Shown here in pieces: positions 46,924 to 56,884 of a stretch of DNA of 64,000 nt (position 1 is its first letter; each line of letters starts with the position of its first letter). Below the pieces are notes generated by a model, which was given only the letters and a program-made list of their open reading frames with translations, was not told the DNA's origin and searched no databases. Source of the stretch: Alphaproteobacteria bacterium (GTDB lineage Bacteria; Pseudomonadota; Alphaproteobacteria; UBA6615); NCBI GenBank assembly GCA_050246875.1, contig JBFWVF010000009.1, forward strand, positions 165,097 through 229,096, written 5' to 3'. Position numbers and translations under genes: made by a program.

Positions 46924-48090
46924 ATGACCGCAGTCGAATCCATCGTTGCCGGCGGAGGCGCGGCCGTCCTCGCGGCCTTGCGGCAGGCGGCGGCGGAACG
47001 CAACGCCGTCGATCTGAGTCAGCCGGCGCCCGACGTCACCCTGCTCGTGCCAGCCGTCCGCCGCGCCGTCGCGGCGGCGATGACGGCGGCGGCGCCAGGC
47101 GCACCCGATCCCGAGGCCGCGCTGCTGGATGCCCTGGCACGGCATGCCGCGACGAGCCTTGGCCGCGCCCCGGCCGCCGGTACCGAGATCCTGGCGACGG
47201 CATCGGTGCCGGCCGGGCTGGCGGCGGTCGCGATGGCCCTGCTGTCGCCGGGCGACGAGGCGGTGATGATCGAGCCTGCGCCGCCCGAGCGCGCGGTCCT
47301 GCTGCGCCGCGCCGGCGTCCTGCTGCGCCAGGTCGCGGCCCCGGCCGGCTCGGCCCTGCCGCGCGCCGGCCTCGCGGCAGCGGTTGGCGTCAGGACACGG
47401 ATGGTGGTGCTGCCGTTGCCGGACGATCCGGGCCGCCCGTCGTTCGGCGCCGAGGACATGGAGTGGTATCGCCAGTTTGCGGGCACGGGGACATTCTGGA
47501 CCGTGGCCGATGGCGCACCGGCCGAGCTGACTTGGCAAACTCCGGCGCCGCCGGCGGCGGCGGCACTTCCGGGAATGTTCGAGCGAACGCTGTCGATCGG
47601 CGTTCCGGTCGCGGCGCGCGGACTGCCCGAGGTCCCGGCCGGATGGATCGCCGGCCCGGCCGGCGCGATCGCTGCCGTGGCGGGGGCCCGGCGGATGCTC
47701 GGGCACGGCGTGCCCGCTTCGACGGCACGGGCACTGGCGGCCGCCCTGGCGCACGAGGCGGCGGCCGACGGCGTCTGGCGAGGCCTCGCGGCGCGGCGAG
47801 AGCGGCTCTCCGCCGTTCTCGCGACGGCCGGGTGGGATATCAGGCCGCTTGCCGGCGGGCCCGCGCTGATCGCCCGGCCCCCGGGAGCCGCGGGGCGGGA
47901 CGACGAGACCGCCGCCGTGCGGTTGCTCGACGGGGCCGGGGTGCTCGCCATGCCGCAGTCGACACATTATGTCGCGGGCGAGCCGCGCGACATGCTCGCC
48001 TTTCGTTTCGATCGCCCGGCGGGGGACATCGAGGCCACGGCTACGTCGTTGAAAAAGCAGGGCGCGACGCGGGCGGAGGGCGGTGCTTGA
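46924..48090 (+). CDS. Aminotransferase-fold (fold-type I) protein without a PLP-binding lysine (probable pseudoenzyme)
   Basis: 388 aa. The pattern is colinear with class I aminotransferases (DLSQPAPD, LSPGDEAVMIEP, LPLPDDPGRPSF, AGWIAGP, LAFRF). The only Lys residues are in the C-terminal SLKKQG. Third codon positions are G/C-rich in this frame. Confidence 0.55.
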   Translation: MTAVESIVAGGGAAVLAALRQAAAERNAVDLSQPAPDVTLLVPAVRRAVAAAMTAAAPGAPDPEAALLDALARHAATSLGRAPAAGTEILATASVPAGLAAVAMALLSPGDEAVMIEPAPPERAVLLRRAGVLLRQVAAPAGSALPRAGLAAAVGVRTRMVVLPLPDDPGRPSFGAEDMEWYRQFAGTGTFWTVADGAPAELTWQTPAPPAAAALPGMFERTLSIGVPVAARGLPEVPAGWIAGPAGAIAAVAGARRMLGHGVPASTARALAAALAHEAAADGVWRGLAARRERLSAVLATAGWDIRPLAGGPALIARPPGAAGRDDETAAVRLLDGAGVLAMPQSTHYVAGEPRDMLAFRFDRPAGDIEATATSLKKQGATRAEGGA

Positions 48091-48153
48091 CGGGTTCGGG
48101 GCCGGGGACTAGAGAGTGCGCCCCGTGGCCACGCGCACGCGCGCGGCACCGGC

Positions 48154-48231
48154 GGTGGCTGTAGCTCAGTTGGTTAGAGCACCTGGTTGTGGTCCAGGGG
48201 GTCGTGGGTTCGAATCCCATCAGCCACCCCA
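48154..48231 (+). tRNA. tRNA-His (GTG) with encoded G-1 and CCA
   Basis: Manual cloverleaf: G-1, acceptor GTGGCTG/CAGCCAC, anticodon arm CCTGG-TTGTGGT-CCAGG, T arm GTGGG-TTCGAAT-CCCAT, discriminator C, CCA. Confidence 0.95.
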
Positions 48232-48326
48232 TTTCTCATGCTCTTTTTCATCATCCCCATTCATCGGGCGGGCTCGCGGCTGGCTGGCCGGCGGGGTATC
48301 GTCGCCGCCTCGTTGCGGGGGATGCC

Positions 48327-49826
48327 TTGACCGGCTTGCCAGTCGAACTGTTAACGGTGGCGGAGATGGCCGAGGCCGAGCGTCTGGCCACGTCCGGCAC
48401 CGGCCTCGCCATGATCGACCTGATGGAGCGCGCCGGTAGCGCCGTGGCCCGCGCCACCGCGGCGCGCTGTCCGGCCGGTCCCGTGGTCGTGCTGTGCGGA
48501 CCAGGCAACAACGGCGGGGACGGCTTCGTGGCGGCGCGGCTGCTTGCCGCGCAGGGCCGCGAGGTGACGGTCGCCCTGCTCGGCGCGCGCGAGGCCCTGA
48601 AGGGCGATGCGGCGGTCAACGCGGCGCGCTGGGAGGGGCGGGTAGTGCCGCTCGGTCCCGCCGTGCTCCCGGGGGCCGCGGTTGCGGTCGACGCCCTGTT
48701 CGGGTCCGGACTGGCGCGCCCGCTCGACGGCGTTGCGCGGCAGACCGTCGAAGCCCTGGCCAGCAGCGGCATCGCCAGCATCGCGGTCGACGTGCCGTCG
48801 GGCGTCGAGGGGGATACCGGCGCCGTGCTCGGCGCGGCCGCGCCGGCGGCGGTCACCGTGGCGTTCTTCCGCCGTCGTCCGGCACACCTGCTCATGCCCA
48901 GCCGACTAGCATGCGGCACTACCCGAGTCGCCGACATCGGCATCCGCGCTACCGTGCTGGAGCGCCTGAAACCGCGGAATTTTGCCAACGCGCCGGGGCT
49001 CTGGGCCGGGCGCTACCCCTGGCCCCGGGCGGACGGGCACAAATACGACCGTGGCCAGGCGCTGGTGCGCGCCGGCGCCGTGATGACCGGCGCGGCGCGG
49101 CTGGCCGCCCTGGCCGCGCTCCGCGCCGGCGCCGGTCTGGTCGTCGTGGCGGCGCCGGTCGGGGCCGCCACCGTCCTGCGGTCGGGGCCGGCCGGCCTTA
49201 TCGTGCGCGCGGCCGAGGGGGCTGCCGATTTCGCGGCGCTGGCGGCCGACAGCCGCACGACGGCGGTCCTCGTCGGCCCCGGCAACGGCGTCGACGCGGC
49301 GACACGGCGGGCGGCCCTGGACGCGCTCGCCGCAGGGAAGGCGACGGTGCTCGACGCGGATGCGCTGACGGTCTTCGCCGGCGGGGTGGCGGAGCTGGCG
49401 GCCGCGCTCGCCGCGCCGGGCGCCGGCCGGGCCGTGCTGACGCCGCATGCGGGCGAGTTCGCCCGTCTGTTCCCCGATCGGGCCGGTGGCGAGGCCGGCC
49501 GGCTCGCCAGCGCCAGGGCTGCCGCCGCGGCGGTTGGCGCCGTCGTCCTGCTGAAGGGGGCCGACACGGTGATCGCGGCGCCCGACGGGCGGGCGGCGAT
49601 CACCGCCAACGCGCCGCCCGACCTGGCTACCGCCGGCTCCGGGGATGTGCTGGGCGGGTTTGTCGCCGCCTTGCTGGCGCAGGGCATGCCGCCGTTCGAG
49701 GCGGCCTGCGCGGCGGCCTGGCTGCACGGCGCGGCGGGGACGAGGGCGGGGCCGGGGCTGATCGCCGAGGACCTGCCGGACGCGGTGCCGGCAGTGCTTG
49801 CCGGCCTGCGCGCGAAGTCCATGTAA
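48327..49826 (+). CDS. nnr: Bifunctional NAD(P)H-hydrate repair enzyme (epimerase/dehydratase)
   Basis: Epimerase motif GPGNNGGDG and C-terminal kinase-fold motif GSGDVLGG. The start is uncertain (TTG 48327 preferred, TTG 48336 or ATG 48366 possible); the track ORF start at 48189 overlaps the tRNA. Confidence 0.85.
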   Translation: MTGLPVELLTVAEMAEAERLATSGTGLAMIDLMERAGSAVARATAARCPAGPVVVLCGPGNNGGDGFVAARLLAAQGREVTVALLGAREALKGDAAVNAARWEGRVVPLGPAVLPGAAVAVDALFGSGLARPLDGVARQTVEALASSGIASIAVDVPSGVEGDTGAVLGAAAPAAVTVAFFRRRPAHLLMPSRLACGTTRVADIGIRATVLERLKPRNFANAPGLWAGRYPWPRADGHKYDRGQALVRAGAVMTGAARLAALAALRAGAGLVVVAAPVGAATVLRSGPAGLIVRAAEGAADFAALAADSRTTAVLVGPGNGVDAATRRAALDALAAGKATVLDADALTVFAGGVAELAAALAAPGAGRAVLTPHAGEFARLFPDRAGGEAGRLASARAAAAAVGAVVLLKGADTVIAAPDGRAAITANAPPDLATAGSGDVLGGFVAALLAQGMPPFEAACAAAWLHGAAGTRAGPGLIAEDLPDAVPAVLAGLRAKSM

Positions 49827-49946
49827 GAGGCGCGTTTCGGCCCGTTGTCACCCCATGGGCAATGCGATAGAACCCGCCACTCCGACCGGGGCGCCCGGCC
49901 GGCTCCGCCGCCTTCCGGGGCGACGCGCCGCGGGCGCGGGCGGAAC

Positions 49947-50031
49947 GCGGGCGTGGCGGAATCGGTAGACGCGCCAGCCTTAGGAGCTGGTGACTTCAGT
50001 CGTGGGGGTTCAAGTCCCTCCGCCCGCACCA
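49947..50031 (+). tRNA. tRNA-Leu (TAG)
   Basis: 85 nt. Acceptor GCGGGCG/CGCCCGC, anticodon arm CCAGC-CTTAGGA-GCTGG, long variable arm, CCA encoded. Confidence 0.95.
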
Positions 50032-50090
50032 GTTTCCGGCGGCACCGTGACAGGCGGTGCCGGCCTTGCCAGCAGGAAAGAACGACGGCC

Positions 50091-51512
50091 ATGCAGGTAA
50101 CCGAAACCGCCAACGAAGGCTTGCAGCGCGCCTACAAGGTCGTTGTTCCGGCCGGCGACATCGACGCCCGGGTGAAGACGCGCCTCGGCGAGGTCGGCAA
50201 GGAAGTGCGCCTGCCCGGGTTCCGCCCCGGCAAGGTGCCGATGAACGTGCTGCGCCAGCGCTTCGGTCCCTCGGTCCTCGGCGAGGTGGTCGAGGCCGCC
50301 GTGCGCGACAGTTCCTCCGAACTGGTGCAGGACCGCGGCCTGCGGCCGGCCAGCCAGCCGAAGGTCGAGGTCACGGCCTTCGCCGAGGGCAAGGATCTCG
50401 AATTCGACCTCGCCTTCGAGGTGCTGCCCGAGATCGAGCAGCCCGACCTCAAGGCGATCAAGCTCGTCCGCATGAAGGTCAATCCGGCCGACAAGGAAGT
50501 CGACGAGGCACTGCAGCGCCTGGCGAAGGAGAACGGCAGCAGCGAGACCGTCAGCGAGGATCGCCCGGCCGCGAACGGTGACATCGTGGTGGTCGACTTC
50601 ATCGGCCGCATCGACGGCGTTGCCTTCGAGGGCGGCACGGCGACGGACCTGTCGATCGAACTCGGCGCCGGCGGCTTCGTGCCCGGCTTCGAGGAACAGC
50701 TCGTCGGCCACAAGGCGGGCGAAAAGGTCGACGTCACCGTCACCTTCCCCGAGGACTACGGCGCCGCCAACCTGGCCGGCAAGACGGCGGTTTTCGAAAG
50801 CACCGTCAAGGAACTGAAGGCGCCGAAGCCGGCGGCGGTCGACGACGAGCTCGCCAAGAAGATCGGCTTCGACGACCTCGCCGGCCTGCGCGAGGCGATC
50901 TGCGGCCGCATCCAGCACGACTACGACGGCTTCACCCGCGACCGCATGAAGCGCGAACTGCTCGACAAACTGGCGGATGCCTGCACATTCAATGTGCCCG
51001 ACAGCCTGCTCGACCAGGAATTCCAGGAGATCTGGCGCCAGGTCGAGCACGCCAAGGAGCACAACCACCTTGATCCCGACGATGTCGGCAAGGACGACGA
51101 CACGCTGAAGGCCCAATACCGCACCATCGCCGAGCGGCGCGTTCGGCTCGGCCTGCTGCTGTCCGACATCGGCCAGAAGAACGGCATCCAGGTCGCCCAG
51201 GAGGAGGTCAACCGGGCGATCATGGAGGAGGCCCGCCGCATGCCGGGCCAGGAGCGCCGGGTCATCGAGTTCTATCGCGAGCACCCGGAGATGCAGGAGC
51301 GGCTCAAGGCGCCGATCTTCGAGGACAAGGTGGTCGACTTCGTGATCGCGCTGGCCGACGTCGACGAGCGCGAGAGCACGCTCGAGGAGATGATCGCCGC
51401 CGCCGGCGCCGCGCAGGGCGGCCACGACCATCATCACCACGATCATGACCATGATCACGACCACGATCATGGGCACGATCACGGCCATGGGCACGACCAC
51501 AAGCACGACTGA
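50091..51512 (+). CDS. tig: Trigger factor with C-terminal His/Asp-rich tail
   Basis: ATG 50091. MQVTETANEGLQRAYKVVV...LPGFRPGKVP is the ribosome-binding signature. It ends GGHDHHHHDHDHDHDHDHGHDHGHGHDHKHD. Confidence 0.95.
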   Translation: MQVTETANEGLQRAYKVVVPAGDIDARVKTRLGEVGKEVRLPGFRPGKVPMNVLRQRFGPSVLGEVVEAAVRDSSSELVQDRGLRPASQPKVEVTAFAEGKDLEFDLAFEVLPEIEQPDLKAIKLVRMKVNPADKEVDEALQRLAKENGSSETVSEDRPAANGDIVVVDFIGRIDGVAFEGGTATDLSIELGAGGFVPGFEEQLVGHKAGEKVDVTVTFPEDYGAANLAGKTAVFESTVKELKAPKPAAVDDELAKKIGFDDLAGLREAICGRIQHDYDGFTRDRMKRELLDKLADACTFNVPDSLLDQEFQEIWRQVEHAKEHNHLDPDDVGKDDDTLKAQYRTIAERRVRLGLLLSDIGQKNGIQVAQEEVNRAIMEEARRMPGQERRVIEFYREHPEMQERLKAPIFEDKVVDFVIALADVDERESTLEEMIAAAGAAQGGHDHHHHDHDHDHDHDHGHDHGHGHDHKHD

Positions 51513-51622
51513 ACGGGCAGGGCGGTCGGACGACTGGCGCGGCGCGCCGGCCACCCCATATTATCGTCTCCCAACGCGGTCGCCGGCCGGTGACCGCCAA
51601 CCCGTGACGGGACCTCGATCGG

Positions 51623-52246
51623 ATGCCGGACCCCAGGGACGTCTACATGAACACGCTCGTGCCCATGGTGGTCGAGCAGACCAACCGTGGTGAGCGGGCC
51701 TACGACATCTATTCGAGGCTGCTGAAGGAGCGGATCGTCTTTCTGACAGGCCCCGTGTTCGACGAGGTGGCGGCACTGGTCAGCGCCCAGATGCTGTTCC
51801 TCGAGGCCGAAAATCCCAACAAGGACATAAACTTCTACATCAACTCGCCGGGCGGGGTGGTGACGGCGGGCCTGTCGATCTACGACACCATGCAGTACAT
51901 CCGCCCCGACGTGTCGACGATGTGCATCGGCCAGGCGGCGTCGATGGGGTCGCTGCTGCTGGCGGCGGGCGCCGCCGGCAAGCGCTTCACGCTGCCCAAC
52001 TCGCGCATCATGGTCCACCAGCCCTCGGGCGGGTTCCAGGGCCAGGCCTCGGACATCGAGATCCACGCCCGCGAGATCCTGTCGATCCGGCAGCGGCTGA
52101 ACGAGATCTACAGCCACCATACCGGCCAGCCGGTCGAGGCCATCCAGGACGCGCTGGAGCGCGACCGCTTCTATACCGCCGAGGACGCCCGCGACTTCGG
52201 GCTGGTCGACGAAGTGGTCGCCCGGCGCGTCGTGCCGCAGACCTAG
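51623..52246 (+). CDS. clpP: ATP-dependent Clp protease proteolytic subunit
   Basis: [26 protein letters not shown], catalytic Ser in GQAASMGS. Confidence 0.97.
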   Translation: MPDPRDVYMNTLVPMVVEQTNRGERAYDIYSRLLKERIVFLTGPVFDEVAALVSAQMLFLEAENPNKDINFYINSPGGVVTAGLSIYDTMQYIRPDVSTMCIGQAASMGSLLLAAGAAGKRFTLPNSRIMVHQPSGGFQGQASDIEIHAREILSIRQRLNEIYSHHTGQPVEAIQDALERDRFYTAEDARDFGLVDEVVARRVVPQT

Positions 52247-52425
52247 GCAGTCGCGGCCATTGTTGCAGGCATGTTAACCCTGCGTTGATGGCCACTTGAT
52301 AGGTTCGGGGCAAGTGTGCTGGGCTGTCTGGCACGACATTTGCGCTGAGCCTGGAACCGACGGGAAACAAGGGCTGGCGCCGGTCGGGCGTCGGCCGAGC
52401 AACCCCAGCCGTCCACGGTGTGTCG

Positions 52426-53694
52426 ATGAGCAGCAAGACCAGCGGCAGCGACAGCAAGAACACTCTCTACTGCAGCTTCTGCGGCAAGAGCCAGCATGAG
52501 GTCCGCAAGCTCATCGCGGGCCCGACGGTGTTCATCTGCGACGAATGCGTCGAACTGTGCATGGACATCATCCGCGAGGAGCACAAGTCGACGCTGGTCA
52601 AGTCGCGCGACGGCGTGCCGAGCCCGCGCGAAATCTGCCAGGTACTCGACGACTACGTGATCGGCCAGGACTACGCCAAGCGTGTGCTGTCGGTGGCCGT
52701 GCACAACCACTACAAGCGCCTGAACAACGGCGGCAAGGGCGGCGACATCGAGATCTCGAAGTCGAACATCCTGCTGATCGGACCGACCGGCTGCGGCAAG
52801 ACGCTGCTGGCGCAGACGCTGGCGCGCATCCTCGACGTGCCGTTCACGATGGCCGATGCCACGACGCTGACCGAGGCGGGCTATGTCGGCGAGGATGTCG
52901 AGAACATCATCCTCAAGCTGCTGCAGAACGCCGACTACAACGTCGAGCGGGCGCAGCGCGGCATCGTCTACATCGACGAGGTCGACAAGATCAGTCGCAA
53001 GTCCGACAACCCCTCGATCACGCGCGACGTGTCGGGCGAGGGCGTGCAGCAGGCGCTGCTGAAGATCATGGAAGGCACCGTCGCCTCGGTGCCGCCCCAG
53101 GGCGGGCGCAAGCATCCGCAGCAGGAGTTCCTGCAGGTCGACACGACCAACATCCTGTTCATCTGCGGCGGCGCCTTTTCCGGCCTCGAGCGGATCATCT
53201 CGTCGCGCGGCAAGGAGACGTCGATCGGCTTCGGCGCCGACGTGCGGAGCCCCGACGACCGCCGGACCGGCGAAATCCTCCGCAGCATCGAGCCGGAAGA
53301 CCTGCTGAAGTTCGGCCTCATTCCCGAGTTCGTCGGCCGCCTGCCGGTGCTGGCGACGCTGACCGACCTCGACGAGCCGGCGCTGGTCGACATCCTGACC
53401 AAGCCGAAGAACGCGCTGGTCAAGCAGTACCAGCGGTTGTTCGAGATGGAAGGCGTCGACCTGTCGTTCCAGGACGATGCGCTGGCGGCCGTGGCGCGCA
53501 AGGCCATCGCCCGCAAGACCGGCGCGCGCGGCCTGCGCTCCATCCTCGAGCAGATCCTGCTCGATACGATGTTCGAGCTGCCGAGCCTGGACGGTGTCGA
53601 CGAGGTCGTGGTCAATCGCGAGGTGGTCGAGGGCAACGGTTCGCCGCTCTACATCTACGCCGACCGGCGCGGAGATGTTGGGAGCACGGCGTAG
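52426..53694 (+). CDS. clpX: ATP-dependent Clp protease ATP-binding subunit ClpX
   Basis: Zinc-finger CSFCGK...CDEC, Walker [12 protein letters not shown] 52426 is preferred over GTG 52420. Confidence 0.97.
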   Translation: MSSKTSGSDSKNTLYCSFCGKSQHEVRKLIAGPTVFICDECVELCMDIIREEHKSTLVKSRDGVPSPREICQVLDDYVIGQDYAKRVLSVAVHNHYKRLNNGGKGGDIEISKSNILLIGPTGCGKTLLAQTLARILDVPFTMADATTLTEAGYVGEDVENIILKLLQNADYNVERAQRGIVYIDEVDKISRKSDNPSITRDVSGEGVQQALLKIMEGTVASVPPQGGRKHPQQEFLQVDTTNILFICGGAFSGLERIISSRGKETSIGFGADVRSPDDRRTGEILRSIEPEDLLKFGLIPEFVGRLPVLATLTDLDEPALVDILTKPKNALVKQYQRLFEMEGVDLSFQDDALAAVARKAIARKTGARGLRSILEQILLDTMFELPSLDGVDEVVVNREVVEGNGSPLYIYADRRGDVGSTA

Positions 53695-53731
53695 CGACGC
53701 CACAATCCCTTGGGCCCGGGACGCCCGGCCG

Positions 53732-53761
53732 CTTGATCCGGCCGTCCCGGAGAACCACATT
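53732..53761 (+). promoter_or_regulatory. Possible sigma-32-type heat-shock promoter of lon
   Basis: CTTGAT-N17-CCACATT, about 78 nt upstream of the lon ATG, resembles the CTTGAA-N13-17-CCCCATNT consensus. Confidence 0.3.
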
Positions 53762-53838
53762 GCGTTGTGTAGCGGCCGGCTTGGCCGCACCGGCTGCCTC
53801 CGCGAGGGGCCGGTGAACCTCAACGGGTGAAGGTCGAC

Positions 53839-56256
53839 ATGCCCGAAACGTCCCGTGGCGCGCTGTATCCGGTTCTGCCCCTGCGCGACATCGTCGTCTT
53901 CCCGCACATGATCGTGCCGCTGTTCGTCGGCCGCGAGAAGTCGGTGCGCGCGCTCGAAGACGTGATGCAGGACGACAAGCAGATTCTTCTCGTCACGCAG
54001 AAGGATGCTGCCCAGGACGACCCCCAGGCCGATGACATCTTCCGTGTCGGCACGGTCGGAACCATCCTGCAATTGCTGAAGCTGCCCGACGGCACGGTAA
54101 AGGTGCTGGTCGAGGGCAACCATCGTGCCCGCATCACCGGCTTCACCGACAATCCGCGCTTCTTCCAGGCTCGGGCCGACGCGCTCGAGGACAACGGGCC
54201 GTCGGGGCCGGAGATCGAGGCGCTGGGGCGCACCGTCGTCACGCAGTTCGAGCAGTACATCAAGCTCAACCGCAAGGTGCCACCCGAGGTGCTGGTCTCG
54301 GTCAACCAGATCGAGGACCCGGCGAAGCTCGCCGACACGGTCGCCTCGCACCTGACGCTGAAGATCGCCGAGAAGCAGGAGCTGCTCGAGACCCCGACGG
54401 TCGCGGAGCGGCTGGAGAAGATCTACGGCCTGATGGAAGGCGAGATCGGCGTCCTGCAGGTGGAAAAGCGCATCCGCTCGCGCGTCAAGCGCCAGATGGA
54501 GAAGACGCAGCGCGAGTACTACCTGAACGAACAGCTCAAGGCGATCCAGAAGGAACTCGGCGAGAACGAGGACGGCAAGGACGAGATGGCCGAGATCGAG
54601 GAGCGCATCCGCAAGACGCGCCTCTCGAAGGAAGCCCGCGACAAGGCCACGCAGGAGCTGAAGAAGCTCCGGCACATGAGCCCGATGTCGGCCGAGGCGA
54701 CGGTGGTGCGCAACTACCTCGACTGGATGCTGTCGATCCCGTGGAAGAAGCGTTCCAAGATCAAGAAGGACATCGCCGGCGCCGAGCGCGTCCTCAACGA
54801 GGACCATTACGGGCTGGAGAAGGTCAAGGAACGCATCCTCGAATACCTCGCCGTGCAGCAGCGCATGACCAAGCTGCGCGGTCCGATCCTGTGCCTCGTC
54901 GGTCCTCCGGGCGTCGGCAAGACCTCGCTCGGCAAGTCGATCGCGCGCGCGACCGGCCGTACCTTCGTGCGCATGTCGCTCGGCGGCGTGCGTGACGAGG
55001 CCGAGGTCCGCGGCCATCGCCGCACCTACATCGGCTCGATGCCGGGCAAGGTGCTGCAGGGCATGCGCAAGGCCAAGACGTCGAACCCGCTGTTCCTGCT
55101 CGACGAGGTCGACAAGCTCGGGGCCGACTGGCGGGGCGATCCTTCGGCGGCGCTGCTCGAGGTGCTCGACCCGGAGCAGAACAGCACCTTCCAGGACCAC
55201 TACCTGGAGGTCGACTACGACCTGTCGGACGTGATGTTCATCTGCACGGCCAATACGCTGCGCATGCCGCAGCCGCTGATGGACCGCATGGAGATCATCC
55301 GCATCCCCGGCTACACCGAGGACGAGAAGGTCGAGATCGCCAAGCGTCATCTGATCGACAAGCAGGTGAAGGAGAACGGGCTCAAGCGCGGCGAGTGGTC
55401 GATCTCCGACGGCGCCCTGCGCGACGTCATCCGCTACTACACGCGCGAGGCCGGCGTGCGTTCGCTGGAGCGCGAGATCGCCGGGCTGGCACGCAAGGCG
55501 GTCAAGGAGCTGGAGCTCAAGAAGGGCAAGCTCAAGTCGATCAAGCTGACCTCCAAGAACCTCGACAAGTACGCGGGCATCCGCAAGTTCCGCTACGGCG
55601 AGGTCGAGGAGACGGATCTGGTCGGGCTGGTCAACGGCCTCGCCTGGACGGAAGTCGGCGGCGAGATCCTGACCATCGAATCCCTGCTGTCGCCCGGCAA
55701 GGGCAAGATGTCGATCACCGGCAAGCTCGGCGACGTCATGCAGGAGTCGGTGCAGGCCGCGAACGCCTATGTCCGTTCGCGCGCGGCGCAGCTCGGCATC
55801 AAGCCGACGATCTTCGAGAAGCGTGATATCCATGTTCACGTTCCCGAGGGTGCTGTGCCGAAGGACGGTCCGTCGGCCGGCGTGGCGATGATAACCTCGA
55901 TGGTCTCGGTGCTGACGCAGAACCCCGTCCGCAAGGACGTGGCGATGACCGGAGAGATCACGCTGCGCGGTCGCGTGCTGCCGATCGGCGGACTGAAGGA
56001 GAAGTTGCTCGCAGCGCTGCGCGGCGGCATCCGCACGGTGGCGATCCCGAAGGACAACGAGAAGGATCTCGCCGACATTCCCGACGTCGTGCTGAAGGGG
56101 CTGCAGATCGTTCCGGTCGCGACCGTCGACGAGGTGCTGAAGCTCGCGCTGACCAAGCCGCTGGTGCCGATCGAATGGAACGACTCGGACGTCGACTCGG
56201 CGGCCGTTGCGACGAGCAATGGCGACGAACCGGCCAGTGGTGTCGTCACGCACTGA
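53839..56256 (+). CDS. lon: ATP-dependent Lon protease
   Basis: [26 protein letters not shown], Walker [10 protein letters not shown], protease Ser in KDGPSAG. ATG 53839 is preferred over GTG 53827. Confidence 0.97.
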   Translation: MPETSRGALYPVLPLRDIVVFPHMIVPLFVGREKSVRALEDVMQDDKQILLVTQKDAAQDDPQADDIFRVGTVGTILQLLKLPDGTVKVLVEGNHRARITGFTDNPRFFQARADALEDNGPSGPEIEALGRTVVTQFEQYIKLNRKVPPEVLVSVNQIEDPAKLADTVASHLTLKIAEKQELLETPTVAERLEKIYGLMEGEIGVLQVEKRIRSRVKRQMEKTQREYYLNEQLKAIQKELGENEDGKDEMAEIEERIRKTRLSKEARDKATQELKKLRHMSPMSAEATVVRNYLDWMLSIPWKKRSKIKKDIAGAERVLNEDHYGLEKVKERILEYLAVQQRMTKLRGPILCLVGPPGVGKTSLGKSIARATGRTFVRMSLGGVRDEAEVRGHRRTYIGSMPGKVLQGMRKAKTSNPLFLLDEVDKLGADWRGDPSAALLEVLDPEQNSTFQDHYLEVDYDLSDVMFICTANTLRMPQPLMDRMEIIRIPGYTEDEKVEIAKRHLIDKQVKENGLKRGEWSISDGALRDVIRYYTREAGVRSLEREIAGLARKAVKELELKKGKLKSIKLTSKNLDKYAGIRKFRYGEVEETDLVGLVNGLAWTEVGGEILTIESLLSPGKGKMSITGKLGDVMQESVQAANAYVRSRAAQLGIKPTIFEKRDIHVHVPEGAVPKDGPSAGVAMITSMVSVLTQNPVRKDVAMTGEITLRGRVLPIGGLKEKLLAALRGGIRTVAIPKDNEKDLADIPDVVLKGLQIVPVATVDEVLKLALTKPLVPIEWNDSDVDSAAVATSNGDEPASGVVTH

Positions 56257-56434
56257 CGCATCGGTGGATAACCGCCGTTTGCTGCGACATTTTTGCGGGA
56301 ATCCGCCGAAAACGGCGGATTTCCGCGCCGTTGCGATTGACGGCTGCGAAAACCCGACCTTAGAGTGATCGTCGTTCGGGCCTGGCGCCACCGCCTCGCG
56401 CACGACGCGCAAACCACCTCAAGGGGGCTGCACT

Positions 56435-56707
56435 GTGAACAAGAACGATCTCGTTGCTGCGGTTTCGGGTTCCGCCGGACTGTCGAAGGGCGACGCCGCC
56501 AAGGCGGTGGACAGCGTCTTCGAGTCCATCACCAAGGCCCTCAAGAAGGGCGACGACGTGCGGCTGGTCGGCTTTGGCACCTTTGCGGTGTCGAAGCGCG
56601 CAGCCTCGACCGGACGCAACCCGCGCACCGGCGAGACGATCAAGATCGCCGCGTCGAAGCAGGCGAAGTTCAAGGCCGGCAAGGGCCTGAAGGACGCCAT
56701 CAACTGA
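56435..56707 (+). CDS. hupB: DNA-binding protein HU
   Basis: 90 aa, MNKNDLVAAV...GFGTFAVSKRAASTGRNPRTGETIKI. GTG start after AAGGGGG. Confidence 0.95.
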   Translation: MNKNDLVAAVSGSAGLSKGDAAKAVDSVFESITKALKKGDDVRLVGFGTFAVSKRAASTGRNPRTGETIKIAASKQAKFKAGKGLKDAIN

Positions 56708-56736
56708 ATTTCCGCGCCACGTACGGTGCAGGCCAG

Positions 56737-56773
56737 AGCCGGCTGCGGACACTCGCAGCCGGCTTTCGCTTTT
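56737..56773 (+). terminator. Rho-independent terminator of hupB
   Basis: 11-bp stem AGCCGGCTGCG / CGCAGCCGGCT, loop GACACT, then TTCGCTTTT. Confidence 0.8.
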
Positions 56774-56792
56774 CCGGCGTCGGCAAGCGCGA

Positions 56793-56868
56793 GGGCGATT
56801 AGCTCAGCTGGCAGAGCACCTCGTTTACACCGAGGGGGTCGGCGGTTCGATCCCGTCATCGCCCACCA
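56793..56868 (+). tRNA. tRNA-Val (TAC)
   Basis: 76 nt. Acceptor GGGCGAT/ATCGCCC, anticodon arm CCTCG-TTTACAC-CGAGG, CCA encoded. Confidence 0.95.
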
Positions 56869-56884
56869 ATCCAGCGAGACCGTC

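Noticed and set aside
46855-47967. 370-aa and 310-aa (47019..47951) minus-strand ORFs opposite the aminotransferase-like gene
   Set aside because: Their products are Arg/Gly/Pro- or Ala/Ser/Arg-rich with no family pattern. The plus-strand frame shows an aminotransferase-like layout. Some uncertainty remains and is flagged in the findings.
48154-50031. Genomic island or prophage insertion at tRNA-His, tRNA-Leu, tRNA-Val or tRNA-Asp
   Set aside because: No integrase, direct repeat of a tRNA 3' end, or compositional shift is visible next to any of the four tRNA genes. Flanking genes are conserved housekeeping genes.
52243-56412. 1389-aa ORF on the minus strand spanning clpX and lon
   Set aside because: It is exactly antisense to two unambiguous, highly conserved genes. 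The product is Arg/Ala/Leu/Asp-rich with no recognisable domains. This is a typical stop-codon-poor antisense frame in very GC-rich DNA.
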